Positions 1 through 12,552 are shown, counted from the first letter of the stretch. The stretch: 64,000 nucleotides of DNA from Candidatus Amesbacteria bacterium GW2011_GWB1_47_19 (GCA_001002325.1 LCNZ01000004.1:3818-67817), one strand, 5' to 3'. Numbers and translations: made by a program. The notes: a model not told the origin generated them from the letters alone.

Positions 1-1448
1 AAAATCGCCTGGTTAGGCTGGTAATCTTTTTTGCATGCCAGGCAAATCCGCCGAGTGACCCGCTGTCCGACAATCGCGGTGATCGTAGATGCCAAAAGAT
101 ACGACTCCGCCTGCATGTCTAAAAGCCGCGGCAGTGCCCCGGACGCGTTATTGGTATGCAGAGTGGAAAACACCAGATGTCCGGTCAGAGCCGCCTGGAT
201 TGCCAGCTCGGTTGTCTCTACATCCCGCACTTCTCCCACCATCATAATATTCGGGTCCTGGCGTAACAGCGACCTCATTCCTGACGCGAATGTCAGACCT
301 GCCTGGGGATTGATTTGTACCTGGTTCACCCCCGGAATCTGATATTCCACCGGATCTTCCAGAGTAATCACATTCACCTTTACCGTATTGATTCGGGAAA
401 GCACGGAATACAGAGTAGTGGTTTTCCCGGATCCCGTCGGCCCTGTTACCAGAATAATTCCGTGAGGTTTGAGCACCGCCTCTTCAAAATTCTTGAGCGC
501 CCTGCCTCTCAAACCCAACTCCGGCAGGGTCGGTACGGCTCCGGTTTTTTTCAAAAGCCGCATCACTATTTTCTCCCCAAACACCGTCGGCATCGAGGAC
601 ACCCGCAGATCCACCTCTTCCTGGTCTGTCTCAAAATTAAACCTGCCGTCCTGGGGCACCCGCTTTTCATCTATTTTCATTCCCGACAAAATTTTCACCC
701 GGGATACCAGGGCATCATGAATTTTCTTTGGTAATACCAGTTTCTCGTGCAGAATACCGTCAATCCGGTATCGGACCCGGGTTCTTTCCTGCAAGGGTTC
801 AATATGTACGTCCGATGCCCGGGATTTGATAGCAAATTCCAGTACCGTAGTCACAATCTTGGCAATAGGGGCTTCTTTGATAATTTCGTTCACTTTCCGG
901 ATATTTACTGTCCGTACTTCTCCCGGACCGGTTCCTCCGGCTTCTTTCAGCGCCGCTGTCACCTCCGTCGACAGGCTCTGTTGATAATTATTCTCAATCG
1001 CTGTCTTAACTTCGCTGGCTACCGCCGCAAAAGCCTTGACTTTGACACCTGTCTTTTTGCTCAGGAATTCTATCGCTGCCAGATCAACCGGATTGGCCAT
1101 CGCCAGATATAATTCCCCCGTCGCCGGCTTGTAATCAAAAGGTATGACCAGCAGTCTGTCTGCCAGTGTCCGGTCTATATACCCCATGGCAATGGGCGAC
1201 ATCGCCTTGTCAGTCAGAGTTACAAACGGTATTCCCCACACCTTGGCCCTGGCTTCAGCTACATCAACATCCTTCACCAGTCCCTGTTCCATTGCCCAGT
1301 TTTCCGGCACCACACCGCTGGTCACATAAGCCATCTGGGCCTTCTCCCGGTCACCCGGCTTAAGTTTTCCGGTCTTAACCAAATAATCCAGCACAGCCGT
1401 GGCTTTCGGCTCCTCACCGCCGCCGGCCGGCCTCTGGGCAGGAATCAT
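1..1448 (-). CDS. PilB/GspE-family secretion/pilus ATPase, second paralog; C-terminus cut by window edge
   Basis: Reverse translation gives ILVTGPTGSGKTTT (Walker A), VEYQIPGVNQ and GHLVFSTLHT boxes. DNA-level similarity to pilB at 53217-54902 (e.g. ggtatgcagagtgga...ccagatgtccggtca). Start codon is the reverse complement of cat at about 1446-1448. Not in the ORF track because there is no in-window stop. The forward ORFs at 31-1363 are its shadows. Confidence 0.65.
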   Translation of the reverse strand, partial: MIPAQRPAGGGEEPKATAVLDYLVKTGKLKPGDREKAQMAYVTSGVVPENWAMEQGLVKDVDVAEARAKVWGIPFVTLTDKAMSPIAMGYIDRTLADRLLVIPFDYKPATGELYLAMANPVDLAAIEFLSKKTGVKVKAFAAVASEVKTAIENNYQQSLSTEVTAALKEAGGTGPGEVRTVNIRKVNEIIKEAPIAKIVTTVLEFAIKSRASDVHIEPLQERTRVRYRIDGILHEKLVLPKKIHDALVSRVKILSGMKIDEKRVPQDGRFNFETDQEEVDLRVSSMPTVFGEKIVMRLLKKTGAVPTLPELGLRGRALKNFEEAVLKPHGIILVTGPTGSGKTTTLYSVLSRINTVKVNVITLEDPVEYQIPGVNQVQINPQAGLTFASGMRSLLRQDPNIMMVGEVRDVETTELAIQAALTGHLVFSTLHTNNASGALPRLLDMQAESYLLASTITAIVGQRVTRRICLACKKDYQPNQAI

Positions 1449-1489
1449 AAAATCATTTTGCCAGTTCGGCTGATAAAATACAATCAACC

Positions 1490-2104
1490 ATGCACGCCTT
1501 CCTGCTAACTTCCTCCGGAATTCTTCCCGCCTTTGCGCCGGGAGATCCCGATACTCTACAGATATTCCCCGGTACTTCCGTAAGTATTGAAGACATCCGC
1601 TCCGTCCGACATTTCCTATCCCGCAAACCCATGGGTTCCGGTGGTAATACCGTCATTATCCACTCAGCCGAAAAAATGACCTTGCCTGCCCAGCATGCAT
1701 TATTAAAAACTTTAGAGGAACCTCCTGCCGGCTCCTCTATCTATCTTGTCACCTCCCATCCCGACTCCCTTTTGCCCACCATCCTTTCTCGGGTTCAGAT
1801 TATCAATGCTTCTGAAACTTCTGCACCCGATTTATCTCGTATCACTGCCACCCGCAAAATCCTGGATCAGATCCTCCCGGCCGGGGCAGGGGAGAGGTTG
1901 TTGATTATGGAAAAACTAGTCTTTACCCGCGATTCCGCCCATGAATTTTTAAACGATCTGGAACACCTCCTGCATAATCAAATAATTTCTAAAACCTATA
2001 ACCTAAGGCCTAACACCTACAACCTAATTGTAGAAACCCGCAAATATCTCACTGCTAATGTCAACGTCAAGCTCGCCCTCTCCCACCTCTTTCTTGATCT
2101 TTAA
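1490..2104 (+). CDS. holB: DNA polymerase III delta' subunit-like (short clamp-loader subunit)
   Basis: ALLKTLEEPP motif typical of delta'/tau clamp-loader subunits. 204 aa, short form. Confidence 0.5.
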   Translation: MHAFLLTSSGILPAFAPGDPDTLQIFPGTSVSIEDIRSVRHFLSRKPMGSGGNTVIIHSAEKMTLPAQHALLKTLEEPPAGSSIYLVTSHPDSLLPTILSRVQIINASETSAPDLSRITATRKILDQILPAGAGERLLIMEKLVFTRDSAHEFLNDLEHLLHNQIISKTYNLRPNTYNLIVETRKYLTANVNVKLALSHLFLDL

Positions 2105-2115
2105 CAATCTTTAAC

Positions 2116-2144
2116 AGCCTCACAAGAGGTCCTCTTATGAGGCT
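2116..2144 (+). terminator. Stem-loop 12 nt after the holB-like stop
   Basis: AGCCTCAcaAGAGGtcCCTCTtaTGAGGCT nested inverted repeat. No U-tract, so it may be a structural or processing element rather than an intrinsic terminator. Confidence 0.25.
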
Positions 2145-2221
2145 ACCGATTCCTATAGTATTAAAGGGTTTATTCTCTCGAACTATTACCAATTATCCCG
2201 ACAAAACTCTTAGGAATTAGC

Positions 2222-4220
<1,999 letters not shown>

Positions 4221-4221
4221 C

Positions 4222-4251
4222 TTGACACCGACTACAGGCCATCTATATAAT
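4222..4251 (+). promoter_or_regulatory. Sigma70-like promoter, leaderless-type
   Basis: TTGACA(4222-4227)-N18-TATAAT(4246-4251). The ATG at 4259 lies 7 nt after the -10, so the transcript would start at or next to the start codon. Confidence 0.45.
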
Positions 4252-4258
4252 CCGCCCT

Positions 4259-4624
4259 ATGTCCGGTATTACTGAGATCGAGGATGGTTTGATTTCCATT
4301 GTCAAAGCGGGTGCCTTTGTCGCCCGATTCGCTGCCGGAGCAATTATTAAACCCGGTTCGTTTCCGGAACTTGGTTGGAACTTTCGCAGACGGGAAATCC
4401 CCGACACAAAGATAAACGCCAAATTGGCACTTGAAGGAGTTTATGCAAATTTTGTAAGAACTATGCTTCTTGTTAACACCGTTACGATAGAAAAGTTTAG
4501 CAATCCGGATGTGAGTCCCGATCCGATCAGTCTGGTGGCTGTAGGCTTGTTAGCCTACTACGGTTTGGATGCGGCTACTACTGCAGTTCGTCTCATTGGC
4601 AGGAAAACTCACAAAAACGCCTGA
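4259..4624 (+). CDS. Hypothetical protein (121 aa)
   Basis: ORF with its own near-consensus promoter. No recognisable motif. Confidence 0.4.
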   Translation: MSGITEIEDGLISIVKAGAFVARFAAGAIIKPGSFPELGWNFRRREIPDTKINAKLALEGVYANFVRTMLLVNTVTIEKFSNPDVSPDPISLVAVGLLAYYGLDAATTAVRLIGRKTHKNA

Positions 4625-4661
4625 TATTGCATCCCCTTTCTCCATAATTTATAATCCGCTT

Positions 4662-4687
4662 ACTGCACCTGAAACGTGCGGTTTTTC
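4662..4687 (+). terminator. Short hairpin plus T-run between the hypothetical gene and hppA
   Basis: ACTGCAC-ctgaaac-GTGCGGT followed by TTTT. Confidence 0.3.
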
Positions 4688-4701
4688 GTAACGTAACAGA
4701 T

Positions 4702-6732
4702 ATGGATATCCAGCTGATTGCTCTTTTTGCCGCTCCGGCGACAGCCCTAATAGCCCTGGTCTACGGGCTTTACCTGACCAAAAACATTCTTAAACAGGGT
4801 GAAGGGGAGGGGAGACTCTTACAGATCGCCACTGCCGTCCGCGAAGGCGCCATGGCCTACCTTCGCCGCCAGTTTTCCGTTGTTTTCCCCATTATGGGCA
4901 TCCTGGCAGTAATTATCGCCCTGGTACCTTCACTGGGATTGGGAATAGCCGTCACCTTTCTGGTGGGGGCGATTTTTTCGGCTGTGATTGGTTATTTCGG
5001 CATGTGGATCGCCGTTCGGGCCAATATCCGGACCGCAAAAAATGCCGTGGTCGGTCTCAATCCCGCCTTGAAAGTCGCTTTCAGCGCCGGGACCGTCAAC
5101 GGAATGCTCCTGGTCGGCCTGGGTTTGTTGGGTGTCTCCCTCATTTATATGTGGGCTTACTTCACCTACATTTCCCAGGGGGCTGCGTCTGTAGCCAAAC
5201 ATGCCACCGATGTCCTGGTGGGTTACGGATTCGGAGCTGCACTATTGGCATTGTTCATGAGGGTTGGTGGCGGCATTTTTACCAAGGCCGCGGATGTCGG
5301 TGCCGATCTGGTCGGCAAAGTCGAAGCCGGTATCCCAGAGGACGACCCCCGCAATCCTGCCACAATAGCCGACAATGTCGGGGACAATGTGGGTGACTGC
5401 GCCGGCATGTCCGCCGATGTCTTCGAGTCGTATGCCCTTACCATTGTCGCTGCCATGATTTTGGGCGGTACCATGTTTGGCCTCAAGGGAGTGGTCTTTC
5501 CGCTTTTAGCCCGTTCCGGAGCAATATTAACCTCCATACTGGGAACTTTCTTCGTCAAGGCCAGGGATGAAAAGGAAGATGCCATTAAACCTCTGATCCG
5601 GGGTTTTGTCGTCTCTGCGGTAGCTGCCATCATAATTTTTATGGGTTTGGCGGTTTTTCTCCTGGGTGAACCCCGGGCAGGTTACGCTGCTGTCTCCGGT
5701 ATTGTTTCCATGCTTGCTCTGCTGTACGTCACCAAGTACTACACCGGTCCAGGCGAAAAACCGGTGGTGGCCATCGCCAATGCCTCCAAAACCGGTGCCG
5801 GAACCAATATCATCGCCGGTATATCAATTGGTATGGAATCCACTTTCGTCTCCACCTTAATCATTGTTGCCACGATTCTCGCCGGTTACTACTTCCTGGG
5901 CTTTTACGGCATTTCACTGGCTGGTATGGGCATGTTGGCTACCACTGGCATCATTATGGCTTTAGATACTTTCGGTCCCATCGCCGATAACGCCCAGGGG
6001 ATGGTGGAAATGGCCGGACTCAAAGGCAAGGCTCCTGCAGTTACCGCCGGATTGGATGCCGTCGGTAATACCACCAAAGCCCTGACCAAAGGTTTTGCCG
6101 TGGGTAGTGCCGCTGTCGCCGCTTCCTCACTATTTGCCACATACTTCGAAGCCACCGGATTGACCGCCATCGATATCTCCCTCCCCAAAGTTTTTATCGG
6201 CCTGCTGGTTGGTTGTTCTCTGCCGTTCTTATTTTCTTCCCGTCTCATCGGCTCGGTCGGTCGGGCGGCATTCCAGGTGGTTGAAGAAGTCCGCCGTCAA
6301 TTCCGCACTATCAAAGGCATCATGGAAGGCAAAGCCTTGCCCGATTATTCCAAAGCTGTAGACATAGTGACTTCAGCCGCCCAAAAAGAGCTGATCATAC
6401 CCGCTGCCATCGTGGTCACCATGCCTTTATTGGTCGGGTTTTTGGGAGCTCAGACCCTAGGTGGATTTTTGGGGGGAGTTGTCGCCTCCGGTCTCATGCT
6501 GGCTCTGTTTATGTGCAATACCGGCGGTGCCTGGGACAATGCCAAGAAATATATAGAGGACGGTAATCTTGGCGGCAAAGGCAGTGATGCCCATAAAGCC
6601 TCGGTGGTAGGGGATACAGTAGGGGACCCTCTCAAAGATACCGCTGGACCGGCATTAAACCCTATGATGAAAATCGTCCAGATCGTCGCTCTCCTCATCG
6701 CCCCGTTAGTCATTAAATTTTTCGGTAAATAA
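4702..6732 (+). CDS. hppA: Membrane-bound H+/Na+-translocating pyrophosphatase
   Basis: GADLVGKVEAGIPEDDPRNPATIADNVGDNVGDCAGMSADVFESY V-PPase signature. 676 aa, polytopic. Confidence 0.9.
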   Translation: MDIQLIALFAAPATALIALVYGLYLTKNILKQGEGEGRLLQIATAVREGAMAYLRRQFSVVFPIMGILAVIIALVPSLGLGIAVTFLVGAIFSAVIGYFGMWIAVRANIRTAKNAVVGLNPALKVAFSAGTVNGMLLVGLGLLGVSLIYMWAYFTYISQGAASVAKHATDVLVGYGFGAALLALFMRVGGGIFTKAADVGADLVGKVEAGIPEDDPRNPATIADNVGDNVGDCAGMSADVFESYALTIVAAMILGGTMFGLKGVVFPLLARSGAILTSILGTFFVKARDEKEDAIKPLIRGFVVSAVAAIIIFMGLAVFLLGEPRAGYAAVSGIVSMLALLYVTKYYTGPGEKPVVAIANASKTGAGTNIIAGISIGMESTFVSTLIIVATILAGYYFLGFYGISLAGMGMLATTGIIMALDTFGPIADNAQGMVEMAGLKGKAPAVTAGLDAVGNTTKALTKGFAVGSAAVAASSLFATYFEATGLTAIDISLPKVFIGLLVGCSLPFLFSSRLIGSVGRAAFQVVEEVRRQFRTIKGIMEGKALPDYSKAVDIVTSAAQKELIIPAAIVVTMPLLVGFLGAQTLGGFLGGVVASGLMLALFMCNTGGAWDNAKKYIEDGNLGGKGSDAHKASVVGDTVGDPLKDTAGPALNPMMKIVQIVALLIAPLVIKFFGK

Positions 6733-6754
6733 TAAGCGATTAAATAATCTTGCT

Positions 6755-7012
6755 ATGACGGAACAAATCCCGGAAAAATTGCCTCAATTTTTCATTATCG
6801 AAGGCTGCCCGGCAAAATTAGTGTATTCTTCACAATCTTTTCCGAACGTGGGAGACCTGATTTTAACGGTATGTGAACTGGCAGACAGGCGTCCCCATTT
6901 AACTATTACTGCCGTCAGAAAAAAAGCTCTGTCGTCTTGTACCTGTAGATTGGCTGAATCAGGATTGTGTCCCTTATTGCAGCAAACACAACAAACAGCT
7001 GTAGAAAAATAA
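6755..7012 (+). CDS. Small Cys-containing hypothetical protein (85 aa)
   Basis: ORF only. Five Cys (CPAKL, VCEL, SCTC, LCPL). Confidence 0.3.
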   Translation: MTEQIPEKLPQFFIIEGCPAKLVYSSQSFPNVGDLILTVCELADRRPHLTITAVRKKALSSCTCRLAESGLCPLLQQTQQTAVEK

Positions 7013-7081
7013 CCCCCCCGTTAACCGCTTTTTTCCCTTGCTTTAGAATGCCGAAAACGGTAAGATAATTGGGTCAAAATT

Positions 7082-9601
7082 ATGCCTTCCGATCCCGAAC
7101 AACAAACCTCCCCGATTGGCACAGTCATTTCCGCGGAAATTACCACGGAAATGCAGAAAAACTTTCTGGACTATGCCATGTCGGTAATTGTCGCCCGGGC
7201 TTTACCGGATGTCCGGGACGGCCTAAAACCAGTCCACCGCCGTATTCTGTTTGCCTGTCATGATATGGGACTGCGTCCCGGTGGTAAGCACAGCAAGAGT
7301 GCCAAAATCGTCGGTGAAGTATTGGGTAAATACCACCCCCATGGCGATGTTCCTGTATACGACGCCCTGGTCCGATTAGCCCAGGATTTTTCCATGCGCT
7401 ACCCGCTGGTGGACGGCCAGGGAAACTTCGGCTCCATCGACGGGGATTCTCCCGCCGCCATGCGCTATACGGAAGCCAAACTGGCCCGGATTGCCGAGGA
7501 AATGCTGGTGGACATCGAAAAAGAAACCGTGGATACCGTGGAAAATTTTGACGGTACCCTCAAAGAGCCGGTTTTTCTGCCCGCAAAGCTCCCCAATCTC
7601 CTGCTGATGGGATCCGAGGGTATTGCCGTTGGTATGGCTACCAAAATTCCGCCTCATAATCTTTCCGAGGTCGTGGACGCGGTCTCGTACCTGGTAGATC
7701 ACCCCGAGGCCACCGTCGAAGAACTGATGCAGTTTATAAAAGGGCCTGATTTCCCCACCTATGGGGCAATTTATGATACCAAAGCCATCGCCGAAGTCTA
7801 TTCCACCGGCCGGGGCAGAATCGTCGTCCGGGGCAAAGCCGAAATTGAGGAAGGCAAATCCGGAAAAACTCAGATCATTATTTCCGAACTGCCGTATCAG
7901 GTAAACAAAGCCGAGCTGGTGGCCCGTATTGCCGATCTGGTCCATCAGAAAAAAGTGGATGGGATTTCCGATCTGCGGGATGAATCAGATCGGGACGGTA
8001 TCCGGGTAGCCATAGATCTCAAACGGGACGCCAAACCCAAGAGTATCCTCAATAACATTTACAAACACACCGCTCTTCAGACCACTTTCCCCGCCAATTT
8101 TGTCGCCCTGGTAGACGGTACCCCCCAGACCCTGGGTTTGGTCCAAATTCTCAGCGAGTATATCAAACACCGCCGTCTGGTCATCACCCGCCGGTCTGAA
8201 TATGATCTGCGCCAGGCAAAAGCCCGAGCTCACATTCTGGAAGGTTTAAAGATTGCCCTGGACCACCTGGACGCGGTCATAAAAACCATCCGGGAATCTC
8301 CCGATGCCGATGCAGCCAAATCCAGCCTCATGTCCCGGTTCGGTTTGTCCGAACTTCAGGCCACTGCCATCCTGGATATGCAGCTGCGGCGTTTGGCTGC
8401 CCTGGAACGCAAAAAAATCGAGGACGAATACAAAGCCGTTTTGGAATTGATTGACCGTCTGGAGGATCTTCTGGCTCATCCGGAAAAAATTCTGGCAGTG
8501 ATCAAAGACGAATCCGCAGCCCTCAAAGAAAAATTCGGTGACGAACGTCGTACCCGGGTTTACAAGCTGGGAATCGGCGAATTCTCCGAGGAAGACCTTA
8601 TTCCGTCGGAAGACACCGTAGTTACCGTTACCGCCACCGGCTACATCAAACGCCAGAATCCCACCGCTTTCCGCACCCAGCACCGCGGGGGTAAGGGAGT
8701 TACTGGCCAGACCGTCAAAGATGAAGACGAAATTTCCCACATCATTACAGCCAACACCCACGACGACATCCTCTTTTTTACCAATCTGGGTCGGGTATTC
8801 AAAATAAAGGCTTATGATTTGCCTGAAGGCAGCCGCCAGGCCAAAGGTCAGGCGGTGGTTAATCTCATCAACATCGGAGGCGAGGAAAAACTCCAGACAA
8901 TTTTAGCCATGGGTAAAAACGGTGCATCTAAATTCCTGCTCATGGCCACGAATAAAGGCACCATCAAGAAAAGCAAATTGTCCGACTTTGACCATATCCG
9001 GATATCCGGCATTATCGCCATCAAACTGGAGTCCGGTGATAATCTCAAATGGGTCAAGACTACCACCGGCTCCGATCAGATTTTACTGGTTTCCAGAAAC
9101 GGCAAATCCATCCGTTTCCGGGAAGAAGACGTCCGGCCTACCGCCCGGGATACCATGGGAGTCCGGGGAATAGAACTTAAAACCTCGGATTACGTTGTCG
9201 GTATGGAAATATTCCCCGGTAATAAACAGGCTCCCGCAGACCGCCGCCGGAAAACATTCGAAGACGTCCTGATAATAACTGAAAGGGGCTTGGGCAAGCG
9301 TACTTCCGTTCGCCTCTGGCCATTGCAGAAGCGCGGTGGTCAGGGCGTAAAAGCCGCCAGCCTGACAGACAAAACCGGGCTTTTGATTGCCTGTATCGGA
9401 GTTGACGAAAATGTGGACCAGATAGTGTTAACCAGTCGTTCAGCCCAGATTATCAAACTGCCTCTTAAGAACATCCCCAATCTGGGTCGCGATACCCAAG
9501 GGGTAATTCTCATGCGTTTTTCCCAGAAAGGTGATTTCGTCGCCGCCGTCACCTGCCTGGAAAAAGACACCGACGAAAAACCCGCTGAAAAATCAAAATA
9601 G
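7082..9601 (+). CDS. gyrA: DNA gyrase subunit A
   Basis: DGLKPVHRRILFACHDMGL and AAMRYTEAKL motifs. 839 aa. Confidence 0.92.
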   Translation: MPSDPEQQTSPIGTVISAEITTEMQKNFLDYAMSVIVARALPDVRDGLKPVHRRILFACHDMGLRPGGKHSKSAKIVGEVLGKYHPHGDVPVYDALVRLAQDFSMRYPLVDGQGNFGSIDGDSPAAMRYTEAKLARIAEEMLVDIEKETVDTVENFDGTLKEPVFLPAKLPNLLLMGSEGIAVGMATKIPPHNLSEVVDAVSYLVDHPEATVEELMQFIKGPDFPTYGAIYDTKAIAEVYSTGRGRIVVRGKAEIEEGKSGKTQIIISELPYQVNKAELVARIADLVHQKKVDGISDLRDESDRDGIRVAIDLKRDAKPKSILNNIYKHTALQTTFPANFVALVDGTPQTLGLVQILSEYIKHRRLVITRRSEYDLRQAKARAHILEGLKIALDHLDAVIKTIRESPDADAAKSSLMSRFGLSELQATAILDMQLRRLAALERKKIEDEYKAVLELIDRLEDLLAHPEKILAVIKDESAALKEKFGDERRTRVYKLGIGEFSEEDLIPSEDTVVTVTATGYIKRQNPTAFRTQHRGGKGVTGQTVKDEDEISHIITANTHDDILFFTNLGRVFKIKAYDLPEGSRQAKGQAVVNLINIGGEEKLQTILAMGKNGASKFLLMATNKGTIKKSKLSDFDHIRISGIIAIKLESGDNLKWVKTTTGSDQILLVSRNGKSIRFREEDVRPTARDTMGVRGIELKTSDYVVGMEIFPGNKQAPADRRRKTFEDVLIITERGLGKRTSVRLWPLQKRGGQGVKAASLTDKTGLLIACIGVDENVDQIVLTSRSAQIIKLPLKNIPNLGRDTQGVILMRFSQKGDFVAAVTCLEKDTDEKPAEKSK

Positions 9602-9643
9602 ATTCAACTTTCATTCAGAGTAGACCTATAGTATAATATAGCT

Positions 9644-11035
9644 ATGGGTCTTGAAGGTTCACGCCGCCGCGTATGGGAAAATATCCAGAATGCCCGATAT
9701 CCTGATATAAACTCAGCTTATTCTGTTAGTCTCTTTCACTGGCAACAGGGGAACTTGCCTTCACACGTATTTCTCCCCTTGGCTTATTACAAATTACTGG
9801 GCACACCGCATAGATTTGCCGGCAGTACCCTGGACCGTATCCCCCCGGCAGATATTCTGGCTGAAGTGAAAAGTTCAGAATCACTTAAAACAGCCTACGA
9901 TCTCGGGTTGAACGGACAAAATCCACGGCTAATAACCACTTATGATATACAGAAATTCACTTTTATAGATGAAATGCAGAATATATCTGCACGCAATGAC
10001 CTCTGGGGCACGGGTATCATTTCTCCCCTAAAGTCCAACCTCTTGTCCGATATTGATCCCCAGCTGACAAGTTCACTAGTTGGACATAGTTACCTTTCCG
10101 GGTTAAATCCGAAGGATTATAAAAATAAATGCGAAGCAGATCCGTATATCAATTATCAGAACATATTAAAAAGATACTGCCCGGATCAGAACTCGCGTCA
10201 GGTTATTATGCTCTGGTTGAAAACTCAAAGTGTACTGAGTCATATCCGGCACCTTCAGGTAGAATCCCTTGTTAAATTAAACGAAAGGAAACATAACGAA
10301 GAAAGAGAATTCACTATGAACTCTTTTCTCCAACGATTAGTGCCTCTGGAGTTTCTTAATGGCTGGTTGGATCGATTGTACAAAAGAGAAGGTGAGCTAA
10401 AGAATTCACTCCGTCCGCCTTTTAACACTCATGAATCGCAGGAACTTATTCTTGCCGCCTTCTTTCTTAAAAACTGCAAAAAGCGTTATATGATTTTTGG
10501 TGAAGTAATCAGCGCCCTGCAGACAAATAACCCGGAAAAAGCCAAAAATATTCTGCGGCAGCTTCACCGGGAAACAATTGACCTGGAAGGACGCAGTCCT
10601 CTTAAAATGTGGTATCAGGAAATGCTTGAAGTCCAGCCGGCTCCTGTCGAAAGTACAGATCCTTTCAATGTGAACGGGAAGTCTCCGTCCGAGGAGGCTG
10701 CAATTATTTGCGGACTCAGCAGATTCTTTACCGATCAGATAGCTGCCCGAATCGGCGTGGATCCCCGTCACGGAACAATCAGACTCAACGTCACTACTCT
10801 TTTGGCTGACCCCTCAATTCCCGCTTCTCAATTGGAATTTATTTGGCAACAGGGTATCCTTAACCATACCGCGGACACGGTTCCCGCGAACATCATGGCA
10901 TATCCTCAATCGTCCCCGGAAACATCACCCATATTACTGGACAAGGGGCAAACATACCGGGTTTTAGCCTCCGCTCTTTTGGGCTTGTACAACGAACCCG
11001 GCTGCTGGATACTTTCCCGTGCAATTAAATACTAA
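9644..11035 (+). CDS. Hypothetical soluble protein (463 aa), no recognisable domain
   Basis: Long uninterrupted ORF. The ATG is preceded by a TATAAT box. Confidence 0.5.
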   Translation: MGLEGSRRRVWENIQNARYPDINSAYSVSLFHWQQGNLPSHVFLPLAYYKLLGTPHRFAGSTLDRIPPADILAEVKSSESLKTAYDLGLNGQNPRLITTYDIQKFTFIDEMQNISARNDLWGTGIISPLKSNLLSDIDPQLTSSLVGHSYLSGLNPKDYKNKCEADPYINYQNILKRYCPDQNSRQVIMLWLKTQSVLSHIRHLQVESLVKLNERKHNEEREFTMNSFLQRLVPLEFLNGWLDRLYKREGELKNSLRPPFNTHESQELILAAFFLKNCKKRYMIFGEVISALQTNNPEKAKNILRQLHRETIDLEGRSPLKMWYQEMLEVQPAPVESTDPFNVNGKSPSEEAAIICGLSRFFTDQIAARIGVDPRHGTIRLNVTTLLADPSIPASQLEFIWQQGILNHTADTVPANIMAYPQSSPETSPILLDKGQTYRVLASALLGLYNEPGCWILSRAIKY

Positions 11036-11064
11036 CCCGAAAACAGAAGTATAATTATAACTAT

Positions 11065-11766
11065 ATGGATTATCGGGATTTGAGTTTTGTCCAGTACAAA
11101 ATCCTCTCCGGCTTCATCAGGTCACCCGGCCTGTCTTATTCCCATGCCCAACCCGAAAATATAGACAGGGACCTTTACAAATATCATCTCAAATTCCTGG
11201 TAGAAAAGGGAATACTTTCCAAATCCGGTTCAGTATACCGGCTGACGGATGCAGGTAAAAAATTGGTCCAGTATCTGGACGTGCACGGTGATACACATCC
11301 CACTTTCAAGATTTCGGTTCTTTGCTACGTTCTTCGCAATCATTCAGAGTTGTTAATGCAAAAGCGCTTGCGGCAGCCATTTTTTGGTGACATAGATGTC
11401 ATTTCCGGTAAAATTCAGCCCGGGGAAACTCCCGAAAATGCGGCCGTCCGCAAATTAGCGGAGGAGTCCGGACTTTCCGCCTCATTTTCCTTTCTGGGGG
11501 TCATCCGTAAGGTCCGCCGCTGGCCCAAGACAGAAATCTTTGAAGACACACTCTATCATATTTGTCTTGCCGAAAACCCGGCCGGAAATTTGGTAACCGT
11601 TAATGATTTCGGTGAAAATATGTGGGTATCACTAAACCGGGTCCCGGATCTGATTTCGGGCAATATGACTTATACTCCCAACTCCCTCCGGTTGCTGGAA
11701 TTAATATCTGCCCCTCCCAAAGAAACATTCTATATTCACGAAGACATCACCCTCAGCCGGATATAA
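11065..11766 (+). CDS. Winged-helix DNA-binding domain fused to a Nudix hydrolase domain
   Basis: N-term: FVQYKILSGF...YHLKFLVEKGILSKSGSVYRLTDAGKKL (wHTH). C-term: Nudix box GKIQPGETPENAAVRKLAEESGL (GX5EX7REUXEEXGU, first E changed to K). Confidence 0.6.
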   Translation: MDYRDLSFVQYKILSGFIRSPGLSYSHAQPENIDRDLYKYHLKFLVEKGILSKSGSVYRLTDAGKKLVQYLDVHGDTHPTFKISVLCYVLRNHSELLMQKRLRQPFFGDIDVISGKIQPGETPENAAVRKLAEESGLSASFSFLGVIRKVRRWPKTEIFEDTLYHICLAENPAGNLVTVNDFGENMWVSLNRVPDLISGNMTYTPNSLRLLELISAPPKETFYIHEDITLSRI

Positions 11767-11825
11767 TTTTATAAGGGAGGGCACCCTCCCTTACATATTT
11801 CCCTAAAAACCTATAATATTTGACA

Positions 11826-12260
11826 ATGGATATCATCGGGGAACTGATTGCATCTCTCAGGCAGGAAAAAACTCTTCTGGAGCGGAATGTCTCCCGGGCA
11901 AAATTTACCCGTGATCACGCCCCTTCGGCCATGGAATCCCATTCGGATACCACCCGTTCCGAATTTGAAAAACTGGTTTTCGCCCTGGAATCCCAAATCC
12001 GGGAAATTGACAACCGTCTCAAACTGCTTGCTTCCGTCCCGCAAATCTCCGATACGGGTAAGATCCGTATTTGGAGTCAGGTTACCCTGAAAAATCCCTC
12101 TTCCGTTCTTAAACTCATTCTCACCCCCACCGATCTGGGAGGCAGAAAAATCCGGGACACTCTACTGGTTTCCGAAAACTCTCAGCTCGGGGCTACGCTC
12201 CTGGGAAAATCCCCGGGAGATAAATTAACATTTAATAATCAGGTATATGTTATCTCCTGA
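11826..12260 (+). CDS. greA: GreA-like transcript cleavage factor
   Basis: C-terminal VSENSQLGATLLGKSPGDKL matches the GreA S-SP-G-ALLGK-GD motif. N-terminal coiled coil. TATAAT 8 nt before the ATG. Confidence 0.55.
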   Translation: MDIIGELIASLRQEKTLLERNVSRAKFTRDHAPSAMESHSDTTRSEFEKLVFALESQIREIDNRLKLLASVPQISDTGKIRIWSQVTLKNPSSVLKLILTPTDLGGRKIRDTLLVSENSQLGATLLGKSPGDKLTFNNQVYVIS

Positions 12261-12552
12261 CATTGATCCAATTCTCAGAGGACATGTTATCGACTCCCGT
12301 ACTGGTGAACGGTTTGTCCCTGCACTGCTACCGCCTGAGGTTGTTTTGTTTGTCAGCAAATTGCTGGGAAAAAAAGCAGTTTCCAAAAAAACCGCAGCTA
12401 TAATTCTCATTAGTTTGGACCCTGATGGACAATATCGCCGGGATAACCCCGAATTAAACCTCGAGAATAATCGCCTCCCATCGGTATTCCTTCATTGGAC
12501 ATAAAAAGAATCCGATTGACATACCGAATACTACCGGTGTTAATATCACCTC

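Noticed and set aside
31-1363. Six short plus-strand ORFs at the window start
   Set aside because: They are shadow frames of the minus-strand PilB/GspE paralog, which shows clear Walker A and His-box translation on the opposite strand.
4930-6713. Numerous 60-140 aa ORFs inside hppA, gyrA and gyrB (for example 5004-5396, 5223-5633, 7376-7945, 8246-8761, 2304-2603)
   Set aside because: They lie in alternate frames of long, motif-verified genes, and their translations are low-complexity. They are shadow ORFs.
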